Shown here piece after piece: positions 24,385 through 38,420 of a stretch of DNA of 64,000 nucleotides. Under the pieces are notes generated by a model, which saw only the letters and a program-made list of their open reading frames with translations, ran no database searches and was not told where the DNA came from. The translations under genes were made by a program, and so were the position numbers. The stretch's first letter is position 1, and each line of letters begins with the position of its first letter. Origin of the DNA: Hemiscyllium ocellatum (lineage: Eukaryota); NCBI RefSeq assembly GCF_020745735.1, contig NC_083417.1, positions 38,006,001-38,070,000 on the forward strand, read 5' to 3'.

Positions 24385-25755
24385 CACGGAAACAAGACCC
24401 TTCAGTCCAACTTGTCCATGCCAACCAGATATCCTAACCCAATCTAGTACAACCTGCCAGAACCTGGTCCCTGGGAACCCGTCCTGTTCATATACCCATC
24501 CACATGCCTTTGAAATGTTGCAATTATACTAGCCTTCACCACTTCCTCTGGCAGCTCATTCCATACAAGTAACACCCTCTGCGTGAAAAAAGGTTGCCCC
24601 TTTGGTCTCTTTTATATCTTTCCCTACTCGCCCTAACCTACACCCTCTAGTTCTGGACTCCCCCCACCCCAGGGAAAAGACTTTGTCTATTTATCCTATC
24701 CATGCCCCTCTTAATTTTGTAAACCTCTATAAGGTCACCCCTCAACCTCAAACTCTGCAGGGAAAACAGCCCTAGCCTATTCAACCTCTCGCTATAGCTC
24801 AAATCCTCCAACCCTGGCAACATGCTTGTAAATCTTTTCAGAACCCTTTCAAGTTTCACAACATCTTTCCGATAGGAAGGAGACCAGAATTGCACGCAAT
24901 CTTTCAACTGTGGCCTAACCAGTGTCTTGTACAGCCGCAACATGACCTCCCAACTCCTGTACTCAATACTCTGATCAATAAAGGAAAGCATACCAAATGC
25001 CTTCTCCACTATCCTATCTACCTGTGACACCACTTTCATGGAGCTATGAATCTGCACTCCAAGGTCTCTTTGTTCAGCAACACTTGTGAAGACCTTACCA
25101 TTAAGTGTATAAGTCCTGCTAAGATTTGCTTTCCCAAAATGCAGCACCTCACATTTATCTAAGTTTCTCTCCATCTGCCACTTCTCAGCCCATTGGCCCA
25201 TCTGATCAAAATCCGGTTGTAATCAGAGGTAACCTTCTTCACTGAACACTACACCTCCAATTTTGGTGTCGTTTGCAAACTTACTAACTATACATCTGCT
25301 CACATCCAAATCATTTATATAAATTATGAAAAGTAGTGGACTCAGCACTGATCGTTGTGGCAACCCACTGATCACAGGCCTCAGGCTGAAAAACAACACT
25401 CCACCACCAATCTCAGTCTTCTACCTTTGAGCCAGTTCTGCATCCAGATGACTAGTTCTCCCTGTATTCCATGAGATGTAACCTTGCTAACCAATCTCCT
25501 ATGGGAAAACCTTGTCGAATGACATATAGATCACTGGTGAGACAGTGAGGTCTGCAGATGTTAGAGATCAGATTTGCGTGTGTGTTACTGGAAAAGCGGA
25601 GCTGGGAAATCGACGTTCCAGGCCGGAGCCCTCCTTCATCTATATAGATCATGTCTACTGCTCTGCCCTCATCAATCCTGTTTGTTACTACAAAAAAACT
25701 CAAGTTTGTGAGACATGATTGCCCACGCGCAAAGCCGTGTTGACTATCCCTAATC
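24385..25755 (-). mobile_element. CR1 LINE 3' part (RT C-terminus) with a small Penelope-like insert near 25540-25640
   Basis: ORF 24647..25201 WAEKWQME...CVQFWSP...LRGDLIEVYKI; ORF 25452 IDEGRAVD. Confidence 0.9.
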
Positions 25756-26149
25756 GATTGACTTGATGCTTACGCACTATAGGGATTCTATGATTCTAAA
25801 GAGGCTCCATATGAGTAATTGTGGACTTTTTAAAAACTAGTTTTATCTCAAATCAGCATGATGTCACTTTTTCAGAATAAACTCTGAAGTATGTCATTTG
25901 TCATCCGAGGTATCCCTCCGTGCAGTCCAGTAGAATGCACTGAACTGAAGAAATGTCAAATTCCAACAGTAATTCCTGCATTCTGTGCATTTCTGGGTTT
26001 CAGACATTGCTTTTCATTTCAGAGGAGCAATGACTGTAATTACCAAGTTTGCTGCCATTGCTATTACAGAAGGACAAAACTAAAAGTTCTCCACTTGAAG
26101 TAACTTTCAAAATGAAACTGATGCGCTGATAAGACAAATAGAAATAAGT

Positions 26150-27930
26150 CTGATCTGATCTGATGGTTATGAGAGATATTGCTGAAAAGTAGATTGGGAA
26201 CTGAATATTGAAGGTTACGTTTGCCTTGGGAAAGAACGGAGGCTCTGAAAAGGTGGCTGTATTAATCATTAGTATCAATACAATAAGGGGCGATGATCTA
26301 AGTGCAGGGAATCAGGATATTGATGTGGTTTGGGTGGAAATAAGAAATGATGAAGGCAAGAAGTAACTTTCAAGAGTGGTATGTAAAATAAAAAGCTGCC
26401 CTAACCGTAACCGCGTGGTAGTATGGAACATAAGTCAAATATTAATGTGAGCTTGCCAAAAAGATAGGGTGATAATTATAACTTACTGCAAAAACTGGAA
26501 AAGTTAGATGGGCAAAAGTAGCTGAGATGAATTTGTAGAATAAAGCAGTATATTCTGGAGAAATTCAATTGCTCTTCTGAAATATCGTATTAATCTTAAT
26601 GTTAACTGTTTCTCTCTCTGTGGATGCTGCCAGACCTGGGTTTCTACAGCACTTTGTTTTTATTACAAGAGTTCCAGCTTCAGCAGTAGTTTACTTTTCT
26701 TTGAATTTTAATGTTTTGGGATAGAGAACAGCATGTTTTGGAGCCAATGCGAGAACTGTCTGGACTAGTTTTGGCATTGTGCAACAATGTGCACCGCTCC
26801 TCAGTGGAAAATAAAATTGGCATCCCAGAAATAATTGTGAATCAGTGAATGGAAATGAAGGAGGAACTCTGGAAAATTAGTCACCAGGGAAGTGGTGCTA
26901 AAAATTGGAGCTACGGGCCGACAGTTCTCCAGGACCTTATTGACTTCGTTCTAGGATCTTCAAAGGAGTGACTTGTGAAATAGCTGATACGTTAGTTTTA
27001 ATTTTCCAGAGTTCCTCAGATTTAAGAAAAATAAAAGCTTATGACATCATTAGTAACACATTGATATAGCTGCAAGATTGCCTACTCAACAAGAACTAGA
27101 ACATAGCCAGAAAGGATCATCAAGATATTACAAGTGTTGCGCCACAGTGCCTGCGGCCTTTAACCTTTTACAATTTATACCAACAACCTGGATGAAAGGA
27201 ACTGGACGTTTGCTTGAATGGGGTAGGAAAGTGAGTTGTAGAGAAGATGTAAGGAGACTGTCAAGGAATATAGACATTTGAAATAAGTAGGTAAAGATCT
27301 TGCAAATAAATTATCTTGTAGGGAAATGTGAAATTTCCATTTTAAAAGGAAGAATAAAAAGTGTCATGTGAATTGTGAGAAGTTAAAGAGCGGAGATAGA
27401 GCGAACTGTGTGCCCTAGTACATAAGTTGCAAAACATTACTATGTAGATATAACCTAATGGGAATGTTGATTTAAAAAAAATACATATTATAAGAGAACC
27501 AGAATGCAAAATGAAGTTTGTCTTTGTTATGTGGGGAGTTGATTGGACCATCCCGGAGTACTCTGAATAATAATAGTCATCTTATTTTAAAGAAAGCAGT
27601 TCAAAGAAGGTTTACTCGACTAATATCTGGAATAGGTGAGTTGCCTGGGGAGAGGGTGGACAGGTTGCTATTGTATTTCCTGTAATTTAGAAAAGACAGA
27701 GGTAATTTGATTCAAATTAAAGATCTTGACAGGGTGGATGCATTGTTTTGTGGAAAATTCTAGAACTAGGGTTACTATTTCTAAATAATGCCTCGCTCAT
27801 TTAAGACAGAGAAGGGAATTTTCTTTTGCCCATGAGAATAGGGTAGGTGGGGAGGTGAAGTAATTGGAATAGCATGGTTGTATCAAATGGTGAAACAGGC
27901 TCAAAGGGATGAGTAACCTATCCATCCTCA
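26150..27930 (+). mobile_element. Highly decayed CR1-like LINE
   Basis: Recognisable APE/RT-like fragments (gtttgggtggaaataagaaat; gaagatgtaaggagactg; gggaaatgtgaa) without long ORFs. Confidence 0.5.
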
Positions 27931-30900
27931 TTCCCATGTTTATTTTCAAGTAAAATCTGGGCTAATGAAAAGTCAACCGGAATGAAGAATCTATTATATT
28001 GTCACTCAATTTGTACATGTACCGTATTGTTTCCATTTTCCTGTTTCATTTATACAAAGTGTTGATGTTGAATTATGCATCCTGACTTAAAACATCAGCC
28101 TTTAAGCCAATGTCATTGTTATGAAAAATGCTGTCAGGCTCCCCCTTGCCCCATGTTGATGCTAAATTGCTCATCATGTCCAGGTTAAGTGGATTAGTTG
28201 TGGGAAATGTACAGTTACAGGGAAAGGTTAGGAGGGTGGGACTGGATGGGATACTGATCAGAGGGTCAGGGTGGGTTTGGTGGGCTGAATGGCTTGCGTC
28301 CATGCTGTAGGGATTCTGTTATTCTATTTTCAATGACTAGCCATTTCTATATGACCAGTTAAAGCAATAGTATTCCATTTGCACTTGATTAGGTTTAAGG
28401 GAGAAGCAACCTCTCAATCTTACTGTACTTGTTCCTTTTTGCTTGGAAATTATTTAGAAAATGCAATTTTATGGAAATGTTTTCCATATTTGCTTAATTG
28501 CTTTTGGTTGCAAGGTATTAAACTGTAATTTTGATCGGTGAATTATCTACAGTCTGGACCTGAACAACCATTAGTCAAACCTCCCTGCTTGAATTCTGTG
28601 AAAATAGGCATTTTAACTAAGTTGTTCGAGGTGGATTGTGTTATTAACTAGCTAATTTGTTATTGTAATTTTTTAAAAATGTTTTGTACAATTTATTATT
28701 TTTAACATTTATGGCACTATTTTGATGTAGTGATACTGTTCGTTTTATTCTACAGCGACACTAAAAATTGGGCATTTAATGTACTTTTTTTGCAGTTCTG
28801 CATATTCATCAATATCGTTTTTAGGATGGATGAGTGGAAGGCATTTACTACTGGTGAGTTATGAGGAATATTGTATTGCTACTGATCTTGTCTTAGAAAA
28901 ACCTTTTTATGAATGTATTGGATTGACACAAATAAACAAAGTGGAACAACTCTGAGGAGATCTGGGCTCCGAAGAAATAATGACTGGACGTTAAGATGGT
29001 AAGATGAAATGTGGGGAAAGGAGATTATCACTTTGGAAAAAGCAAAGCATTTTTTTCACGGTATTAATTTTTAAAATGATATTCTGATAGATTTGGTTGT
29101 TCATTTTCAAGCAGCACAAAGTTCACATGCAGTTGGGATATGATAGTGTGTTGGTCATGTCACTCATCTAGTAATCAATTGTTGTAAAAATTGATCTGGT
29201 TCTGTAATATCCATTCGGGAAGGAAATCTGTAATCCATAGCCTGTCTGATCTACATGCTATTTCAGACCCATTGCAATGTGGTTGACTTTTAACCGTCCT
29301 CTGAAACGGCTCAACAAACCAAGGTTAGTTAGGGAGGTCAATAAATTCTGACTTTGACGTTGATGCCTATATCCCAACAAAGAATAGAACAAAATATAGC
29401 AAGCAATTCAGGTAAAAGACATTTTGACCTTTATTGTAAAGGGGCTGGAGTACAGGTGCAATTTTGTTCAGGGTGAGGTCACATTTGAAGTGTTGTGCAT
29501 AGTTTTGTTACCCTAATCTAAGAAAGCACATATTCACTTTAGGAACTGTGAGATTAAGTAGCTTGGAGTTTATACTCTGGAATTTAGAAGAGTGAGAGGT
29601 GATTTCATTGCAACTTATAAGATTTGTTGTAAGCTTGACAGGATAGATGTTGAGAAGTTGTTTCCCCTACCTGGAGAATCTATAAATGGAGAGCACAGCA
29701 AAGACCTAATGTTTAATCACTAAATTACAGAATTGTTATAGTGCAGAAGGGGGCTTTTCATGCTTGTGCTAACTTTTCAAATGAACATCTCATCTAGGAC
29801 TAACTTTTTTTTTTCTCTCCGTAATCTACGCATTATTTCCTTTTAGTAAGCCATCTAATTTTTTTTTGAATGCTCACCACACCCTCAGGTACTTCATTCC
29901 AGACCCTAATCCCTTGATGTGCAAAGTGATTAGGGAAAGAAATCTATAATCCATAGCCAGTCTGATCTACATGTCATTCTAGACCCAATGTTTTGTGCTT
30001 AACTTTTAACTGTCCTCATTTCACCTTTGCTTTAACTAATTACTTTAAATCTTTGCGCTGTCATTTTCGATCCTTTCATGAATGAGAACTTTTTTTCCCT
30101 ATTTATTCTATCCAGACCCCTCATGATTTAATAAACGCTTGAATTAAATCTCCCCTCAGCTTTCTCTTCCAAGGTATAACTGTGTCAATTTTTTCTATAC
30201 ATCTCCATTTCTGAAATGCTTCTCCCTAGAATCATTATTTTAAACTTGTTTTGCCCTCCGTCCAGTAGGTTTACATTCTTCTGAAAGTGGTGGCTAGAAC
30301 TTGATGCAGTACTTTAGCTGAGGAGAGTACCCTTCACATCAAGGCTTAAGTTTCCTCTCAAGAATCCCGAGCAAAAAATACATTCAGTGAGAGTGAATGG
30401 AATTCATTAGAAAAATTATTCAACAAATGGAGTCATTTCTGACACCAAGGAAGATGATTGGGATTGATGGAAGCTCTATTCATTGAAGCCGAAAGAACAT
30501 CAATGTAGTGGTTCTTTAGAGAAGCATGTTTGGCATTCCCACCATCAGCTGCATCCTTTCATTTATGATAAGGTCAGTTGTGGGACAGTTTCTTCAAGTG
30601 TCCAGATGATTTCAAAATAGTTTTAATAATTAACCATCTCAATTCCCTTGACAGCAAGTCTTGAATAACATCCAGTGACACAACTGGCAGACAGTGACCA
30701 TTTCAAACCAAATCTTCTGACTCCTAAAACAAGTCTCCAACCTGGAGTGTTGAGCTTCCCTTATGGGAAAGTGCTTTTGTGTATGCTCTTTAGTGTTTGT
30801 ATTTCCCTCCCACCACCATCCCGCTTTCACAGGTCTACAACCTTATGCCCATCACCACTGCCAACTTCTCTTTCTCTGGCAGTTCTCATCAAGGAGTGTC

Positions 30901-32934
30901 TCAGCACTTTTTCAGTCTTGTAATGAGGTCTCTTTGGAAATGTTCGGGGAAACAATGATCTCAGGTGGAAAGTCAATAACTAAAACTATTGGTAACTGCT
31001 TCACCAGTCAAACGAATTGCATTACATTGTAGTCTTTTGTAATTTTGGATATCCTGTTGTGAAACCCCTGGCTCATTTTGCAGGAGCTCATTGAAGTTCA
31101 CATGTAACACTTGCAAGCCTTTACAGAAGTTCAGTTGTGCATAGTTTTGGTCCTAATTACTGGCGTGAAGAATGGCAAGATACAAAATAACAAATCAAAA
31201 GCAATGTTGAGCATTACTTAGCAAGCAACCTGTAAACGGTAGAAATAACAGCTTTCATTAATGTCTTAAAATGTTAACCCCACAGGTAGTCAATTCTCCA
31301 AGAGATTTCAGACTCAAGACATTCTGGATGATATACACTTATCAGTTAGCAGTTCCCTTCTCTGTGGTCTTTTAGAAATTGCTTTAATACCTGTATATAG
31401 TTTGTTCCTTCCTTGAAATTGTTCATCGCTATCCCTGTTACCCTGAAGGTTTAACTGTTAAGCTGGAATGGTCACCAACCAGTTGCTTTAGTATTGATTG
31501 TTATGCAGTTTTTTGAATGATTAAGTTGAAGTGCCTTTAGATCCTCTTATTGTATGTGTTGTTTAGTTATGTTTTCCCACTCAACCTCATAAGTTAATGA
31601 GTGATGCAGTTCTGACCTTTGTCCATCTAACCCAGCAGGATATAGATAGGTTAGGCAACTTAATCCATTATTGATTTCTCTTCTGCTTTTAATGTTAAAA
31701 CAGAAATGCTTGATATTAATCCTACTCTCCTACTTTGGATCATGAGTTCTTTCACAATAGGATCCAACAGGAGTATAATTTACTCAAAACTTGTGTTTAC
31801 AGACACTGGATCTCCTGAAGGGCTATGTACTGTCACTTTTTTCATCCTGCATATGAGTAATTAATTGACGATCAGATTACTTGAAGTATGTTGTATGCTG
31901 ATTTTGGGTGTCATCAGGAATAAAAAATAAACACAGATGAAGTTTGTAAAATAATGCAGTATGGATTCTTTGAAAATCAAAAAAAAATGAAAGAACTAAA
32001 TTTAGATTTTAGAAAAAAGCCAGTTATTTATATACATTAGAATAGGCGAAAGTGAGGACCACAGATACTGGAAATTAGAACAGTGTGTGTGGTGCTGGAA
32101 AAACACAGCAGGTCAGGCAGCATCTGAGGAGCAGGAAAATCAAAGTTTTGGGAAATTTAAGGACTTTTGCCCAAAAAGTTGATTTTCTAGCACCACACTC
32201 TGGAACTTACAATAGCTAACTACAGCAATCCATGTGTCAACATGGATGATAAATGACGCATACATTTGTATAGGAAGTGACTGTCTGTTGAGAATGCTGT
32301 CTGTTTCAGAAGCTATGCTGCACGCTGCTGCCTGAGGAAAGCAGAATCTAAGGCTACATTACTACTAAAACAGGCACAAAGTATATTTGAGTTGATCTTC
32401 CTTTGCTGAATCAACTTTGATCAAAACTCTTGGAGAGAAGAGGGCATAAATAATGGGAATCACCAATTGTCCCAATAGCACTGTTCGAGTTCATGGTAAA
32501 AGCTACAATCCTTCAAATGTAGGACAAACTGTCATGAAGTCATTTGTGCCCTTCAGCATTTTTAACAGAAGCAGATGTTCATAGCATGGACTCATTGATA
32601 AATGACTCAGTTCAACACATTATATGTTTGATTTTTTTTGATCGTGTATTATTTTCTCCATTGTTATTTCTTTATACAAAACTAACAACGAGAAATTTCT
32701 GTATGGAATTTTCTGTTGAGGCTACAAAGTGGAAGAAGTGTGTGTTTTGAGGAAGCAGTCCATCATCACTCCCTACTTCCATTGGGTACACGTTTCTCCC
32801 CTTCATCAATCATAACATCAGATGATTGTCGAAAAGTACGTTCATCAGTTTTTGGAGAATTTTTTAACAGACTATCAGCAGTAAGACCAGTTGATTTTTT
32901 TTCCCTCTATCAGTGTTGCCAGGGCAAATCTTTT

Positions 32935-33330
32935 GGAAAAGTGAAGATTGCCGATCTGGAGATCAAGTCAGAGTCCTGTGGTGGGAAAGCACAACTGGTC
33001 AGGCAGCATCTCAGGAGCAGGATTTCCCCTTCCCCCATCTTATCGCAGATCTAACCTTCCAACTGAGTACCACTCTCTTGAACTGTCCTACCTGTCCATT
33101 TTCTGTCCCACCTATCTGCTTCACCCTCCTCTCCGTCCTATCACCTTCACCCTGACCTTCATCTATTTTCCCAGCTATTTTCTCTCCAGCCCTACCCCCT
33201 CCCATTTATCTCTCTCCCTTTGGACCACAAGCCTCATTACTGATGAAGGGTTTCTGCTTGAAACGTTAATTCTTCTGCTCCTTGAATGCTGCCCTGACCG
33301 GCTGTGCTTTTTCAGCACCACAAATCTTCT
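32935..33330. mobile_element. Penelope-like terminal remnant
   Basis: Same ends as 12672-13030; CTGATGAAGGGTTTCTGCTTGAAACG near 33240. Confidence 0.65.
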
Positions 33331-34049
33331 GGAGTCTTGTGATTGCCCTGGGATGTCTCTCTTTGACCAGATTACCTTCTATCCTGCATTTTTCCTGTAA
33401 CTTGTAGAGAACTTGCACCTGCCTTACTGTTGCTGATCATACTGGCTGCAGCTTTTTGTCTCTGTGAGGTGCCTCTTTTTTTTTTAATATAAGAACTTGA
33501 GAGACAAAAAGTCTGACAACATTTAGCGCTCTTGATCCTTCCGTTGTTTTCCAGTGTGAAAAATTTGCACTTTGCTAGTAACTCTCCATTTGTTCTTTCT
33601 TGCTACTGCTACCGCTACCCCTGACTCCCAAACTGTCAGAATTTAAAGTAGATGATGTCACCTTGTCCTTCCCTTTTATCTTGGATTAAATAGACAGCTA
33701 CAAACACTATCTTTTAAAACATCACATTTGTACCATTCTTCCCATGTTATAAAATTGTTTTCTGTCTAATTCAAGATTAATTTATGGGCAATTGAGAAAG
33801 GGATTGGAATGCCAAAAGTTGTTCAAGGTTTTTGAGTTTCTAGTCAGAACGATGGATCTGATGCTATAGGAAATAAATGATATATTTCAGTGTAGCAATA
33901 GAATAGAAACCAATTTTAAGGATGTAAAAGTTGAAATACTTTTTATTCTCAATGCTGAATGTACACTTTTTAAATTATTTTCAAATTGCAATTTAACAAC
34001 AAAACTTTGCGATTTCCTTACTTCTGCAGTAAAACCTGCACACAGGGAT

Positions 34050-34815
34050 CACATCTGAAACACACACCCACACCAGAGAAGTTGCATTAGGACCTTGTTC
34101 AAAAGGGCTACAACACACTACACTATCCCTGACCTCAACGAAAATAAGAACACATCTCTAGAGTCTTCACCAAGAATGGATAGTCCCGCAACTTCAGATG
34201 CCTCGCAAACAGACAATGTGACGAGGACAATAGTAACCATGCTGCCATATATAAAAACATCTCAGAACTAACAGCCAGATGTCCCCAACCACTCAGATTC
34301 ATGACGGTCCATAAACCAACAGCCACGCTCAGACAACAACTCACCAGAACAAAAGACCATATCCCATCATGTGCAAGACGAACATTCATTTACAGGATTC
34401 TATGCACTGACTGCATGAAACACCATATAGGACAAACAGGCAGACAATTAGCAATCCACATACACAAACACCAACTAGCCACTAAGTGCCATGACCAGCT
34501 GTCCATAGTAGCCATACACACAGATGACACGAATCACAAATTTGACTTGCACAACACAATGATAATAGTACAAGCTAAACATAGGACAGCCAGAGAATTT
34601 CTAGAAGCATGGCACTCATCCACAGGCTCCGTTAACAACCTCAGACCTAAACCCAATAGCTATGACAATGAACTCCCGCCAACCAGAAGCAGCAGGATTG
34701 GAACCAAATAAATTCCAGAAGAGAGAGTACAGCACTTCACAGGAGGATCCAAAGCACTGGACATGTCACCTAGATGTCTGCAAATCAACTTCCCAGGTCC
34801 ATGAACATAGCCACA
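34050..34815 (+). mobile_element. Penelope-like (Poseidon-type) GIY-YIG fragment
   Basis: ORF 34301..34711 HKPTATLRQQL...IYRILCTDCMKHHIGQTGRQL...AREFLEAWHS. Confidence 0.85.
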
Positions 34816-35234
34816 ATCATGTAAATGCTAATGGCTTTGAATTTGGCAGTTTGTACTGTCGAAAGTTAAAAATAGTCATTCTTCTGTGTCCACAAGGTTC
34901 CATTCCACATCAATTGAGACATTGCTCCAAGCATTAAACTATTATCATCAAAGATCCCTGTTGAACCATTTTCCAATGCTGTCAAATATGGAGGTTTCGT
35001 TTTACGCCTCTTTTCCTATGCAGCTGTCACTATGGTCATTAACAAAATCCTTACTTTCCTTTTTCTCCCTGATTAAAATCCCTCTGGACTTCTCACTTGA
35101 CCTATATATTGTCAATGATTTTGACACTGTGGGAAAGAAAGGGTTTGGCTATCTACTGAAAAACATGTAGGATTTTTAATTCTTCAGCGTGACAGCTGAC
35201 TGAATGCAGATATTTTTGCGACATTCATTGTTAG

Positions 35235-35735
35235 ATTCAGAGTCATACAACATGGAAATAGATCCTCAGTCCAAATCATCCATACTGATCCGATATACTG
35301 GTCTGAATTAGTCCCATTTGCCAGCATTTGGCTTATATCGCTCTAAATACTTCCTAATCGTATAAGCCACCAGTTGTCTTTTTGAATGTTGTAATTGTAC
35401 CAACCTCCACCACTTGCTCTGGCAGCTCATTCCGTCTGTGTACCACTCTGTGAAAACATTACCACTCGGGTTCCTTTTAAATCTTTCTCCTCTCATCTTT
35501 AGCCATGCCCTTTACTTGTGAACTCTCCCACCCTGGGGAAAAAAGGCCTATCTGTGCCCCTTATGATTTTATGAATCTTGATAAGGCCACCCCTCATTCT
35601 CTAATGCTCCAGGAGAAAGAAACACCAATCTATTCAGTCTCTCCCTATAATTCAAACCCTCTAGTCCAGGCAACATCCTTGTGGATATTTTCTGAACTCT
35701 CCATTTTAACAACATCCTTCCTGTAGAAGGGTCAC
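35235..35735 (-). mobile_element. CR1 3' fragment
   Basis: RMLPGLEGLNYRERLNRL; tail gattcagagtcatac. Confidence 0.8.
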
Positions 35736-35929
35736 CAAATAGGTGGAACATAAAACAATCGCCATCACTGTTTGATAAGGAGTGGTGTGTTATCCTCTTG
35801 AGCTACTATAGTCTGTGTGGTGAAATTGTCTACACAATCTATTGGATGGGGAACTTTAGAATTTTGATTCAAAATTGCATGTTTATGTCAGGATGGTATA
35901 TGATTGAGAACGGTATGTGGAAATGATAG

Positions 35930-36520
35930 TCATAGACTCACAGAGATGTACAGCATGGAAATGGACGCTTCAATCCAACTCACCCAGGCTGACCAGATAT
36001 CCTAAATTAATCTAGTCCCATTTGCTAGCTTTTGACCCATATCGCTCTAAACTCTTCTTATGGATCTACCCATCCAGGTGCCTTTTAAATGTTGTAATTG
36101 TACCCAACTCCTCCACTGGGTCCCTCTTAAATCTTTCCCCTCTCCCCTATGCTGTCTAGTTTTGGACTCTCTTACCTTGGGGACAAAACCCTGGCTATCC
36201 ATGTCCCTCATGTTTTTATAAACTTCTATAAAGTCACGCCTTGGCCTCCAACAATCTAGGGAAAATAGTTACAGCATATTCAGCCTTTCCCTATAGCTTA
36301 AATCCTCCAACCCTGGAAACATCCTTATAAATTTTGTCTGAATACTTTCAAGTTTCACAACTTTGCTATAACAGGGAGACCAGAACTGAATGCAATATTT
36401 CAAAAAATGGCCTAACCAATGTTCCCCATACAGCTGCAACATGACCTCCTAACTCCTATACTCAATGCCCTGACAAATAAAGACAAGGGTACTAAACACC
36501 AGCTTCACTATCCTGTCTAC
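35930..36520 (-). mobile_element. CR1 3' fragment
   Basis: Reverse match to the CR1 3' region at 57560-58188. Confidence 0.8.
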
Positions 36521-38214
36521 TGTGTTCTCATGCCTGCTGCCTTTGCCCTTCTCTTTAGTGGATGTTGTGAATTTGGAAGATGCAATAGAAATTCACCTTC
36601 ACTGCTTCATGTGATTCCTGAAGATGAGCAAAAGTTCGATTCTGGCCACAGTAAGATTTCTATAATTTGTCTTAGTTCTTATGAAAGAGTTAGGGAAAGG
36701 ACAAGAAAATAGCCCACCGACACTGGGTATCTAGCCTTCAGCTAATTAATCCTGGGATGAATCACTGAACATTGTACTAACCACAAAGTTGCATCTTTAG
36801 GACAATTGTGTGCAGGATAGGGTGAAGAAGGGAAACACAATTTTATTGCTGAAGTAGGTTTTAAAATTACTGTTACTATTAATTGCAAAATGGGTGGTCC
36901 TGCATTGTTTTCTCTACAAATTTTATTTTAGTCACCTGCATTTAATCTATCTACAAAATCAATAAAAACCTGAATGTACTTAATTTTAATGTCAGTTCAT
37001 TTTATCCTCTTATGATGCTTGATTTAAATTTCATTCAAGTTACTTATTTCAAAATGATTCAGTGAAATGTAGACTATATATTTATCTCCATTTTATTTGG
37101 TCGCATACAGTTGATGGTTTGGTGACTTGGAATATTTGTACATTGAATTGTGGGATACATGTGTGTCTCCCAACTCTGTACTTAATTCCCATTCTGCTCT
37201 ATTGCTTTGTGGTACTGAACACAGGTCAGCTGTTGCTGCAGTAAAGAAGGAATACTGCTAATTCACAAGCCGAAGGAAACTGTGGTGGCAACTTGGAAGT
37301 ATGTTACTTGCCTCTTCCTCTGTGGACAGAAAAGAGGTATAGAGAACTAGGGGGCAAAATAACGTCAAAGATCAAAATAACTTTACAAGTCAAATCCCTG
37401 TCAAATCTCATATCTAATCAATGAAAGCATTTGCTTATTTTAAGTTTAGGACCCTTCCCTCTGCCCTTCAAAATAATAAATGATAAATTTCAAAGAGAAA
37501 GTTAAGTATTAAATCTGTAAACTTTGGCACTATCAATCTTTTCAAAACTCAATTTGCTTTGTTTTTACCTATGTAATCTCAGCATCGTTTCATGAATGTC
37601 AAAATTAACAGTACCTGTTGAAATCATACACTGAAGATCTAAACTTCCATTTGTTGTTTTTCCTATATTCTAATTTTAATTCAATTAGGTCTTCTATTCA
37701 GGGAAGCAAGAGTGAAATAAAGATATCATTTTTTTTCCTGATCTCAAGAAGTCCTAAAATGCTTTACTACATTTGTTTTTGAAGCCTTGTAGGATAGACT
37801 GGAACCAAATTATGTATAGCAAAGCCTTACAAACACAATTGAAATAAATGACCTGATCAATTGATCTCGGTGCTGGTTGAAAAATAATTGCTGGCCAATA
37901 CATTGGGCATGCTACTCTGATCTTCAGATCTTCATTATCCAGAGCAGCATCTATACATTTATTCAGTTTTATTTTCTGTTAGAACATCCCTGTGCAAATG
38001 AATTAAATAACCACTGTATAAAGATGTCAGTGTACAGAAGCACAAATATATAAATTGTCAATGTGTATATATTCCACTTCTGTTTCTTTTAGCTTATTCT
38101 TTCATAAACCTGGACAATTTTTTAAAATCCAACTTAATTTTTCAAGCAACTAGGTACAAAAGAAAATTCTGATCAGAAAATGCCATTTAATGTTCAGCCC
38201 TTGTCAACCACTCT

Positions 38215-38420
38215 TTGCTCTTGTGCAAGGTTTGTGAAGATTTGTAGCTCAGGTTGAGGTTTAGGGTGTAGGTTTGCTCGCTGAGCTGTAGGTTTGATCC
38301 ATTTGCACTCCGACAACAGCTTCGCTTCACTTGGAGGTTGCCACTGATGATATTACCTAGCCAGGTAATGAAACGTCTGGATATCAAATCTACAGCTCAG
38401 TGAGCAAACCTACACCCTCT
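38215..38420. repeat. Inverted repeat, probably a Penelope-like remnant
   Basis: AGGGTGTAGGTTTGCTCGCTGAGCTGTAGGTTTGAT (~38263-38298) vs ATCAAATCTACAGCTCAGTGAGCAAACCTACACCCT (~38383-38418). Confidence 0.7.
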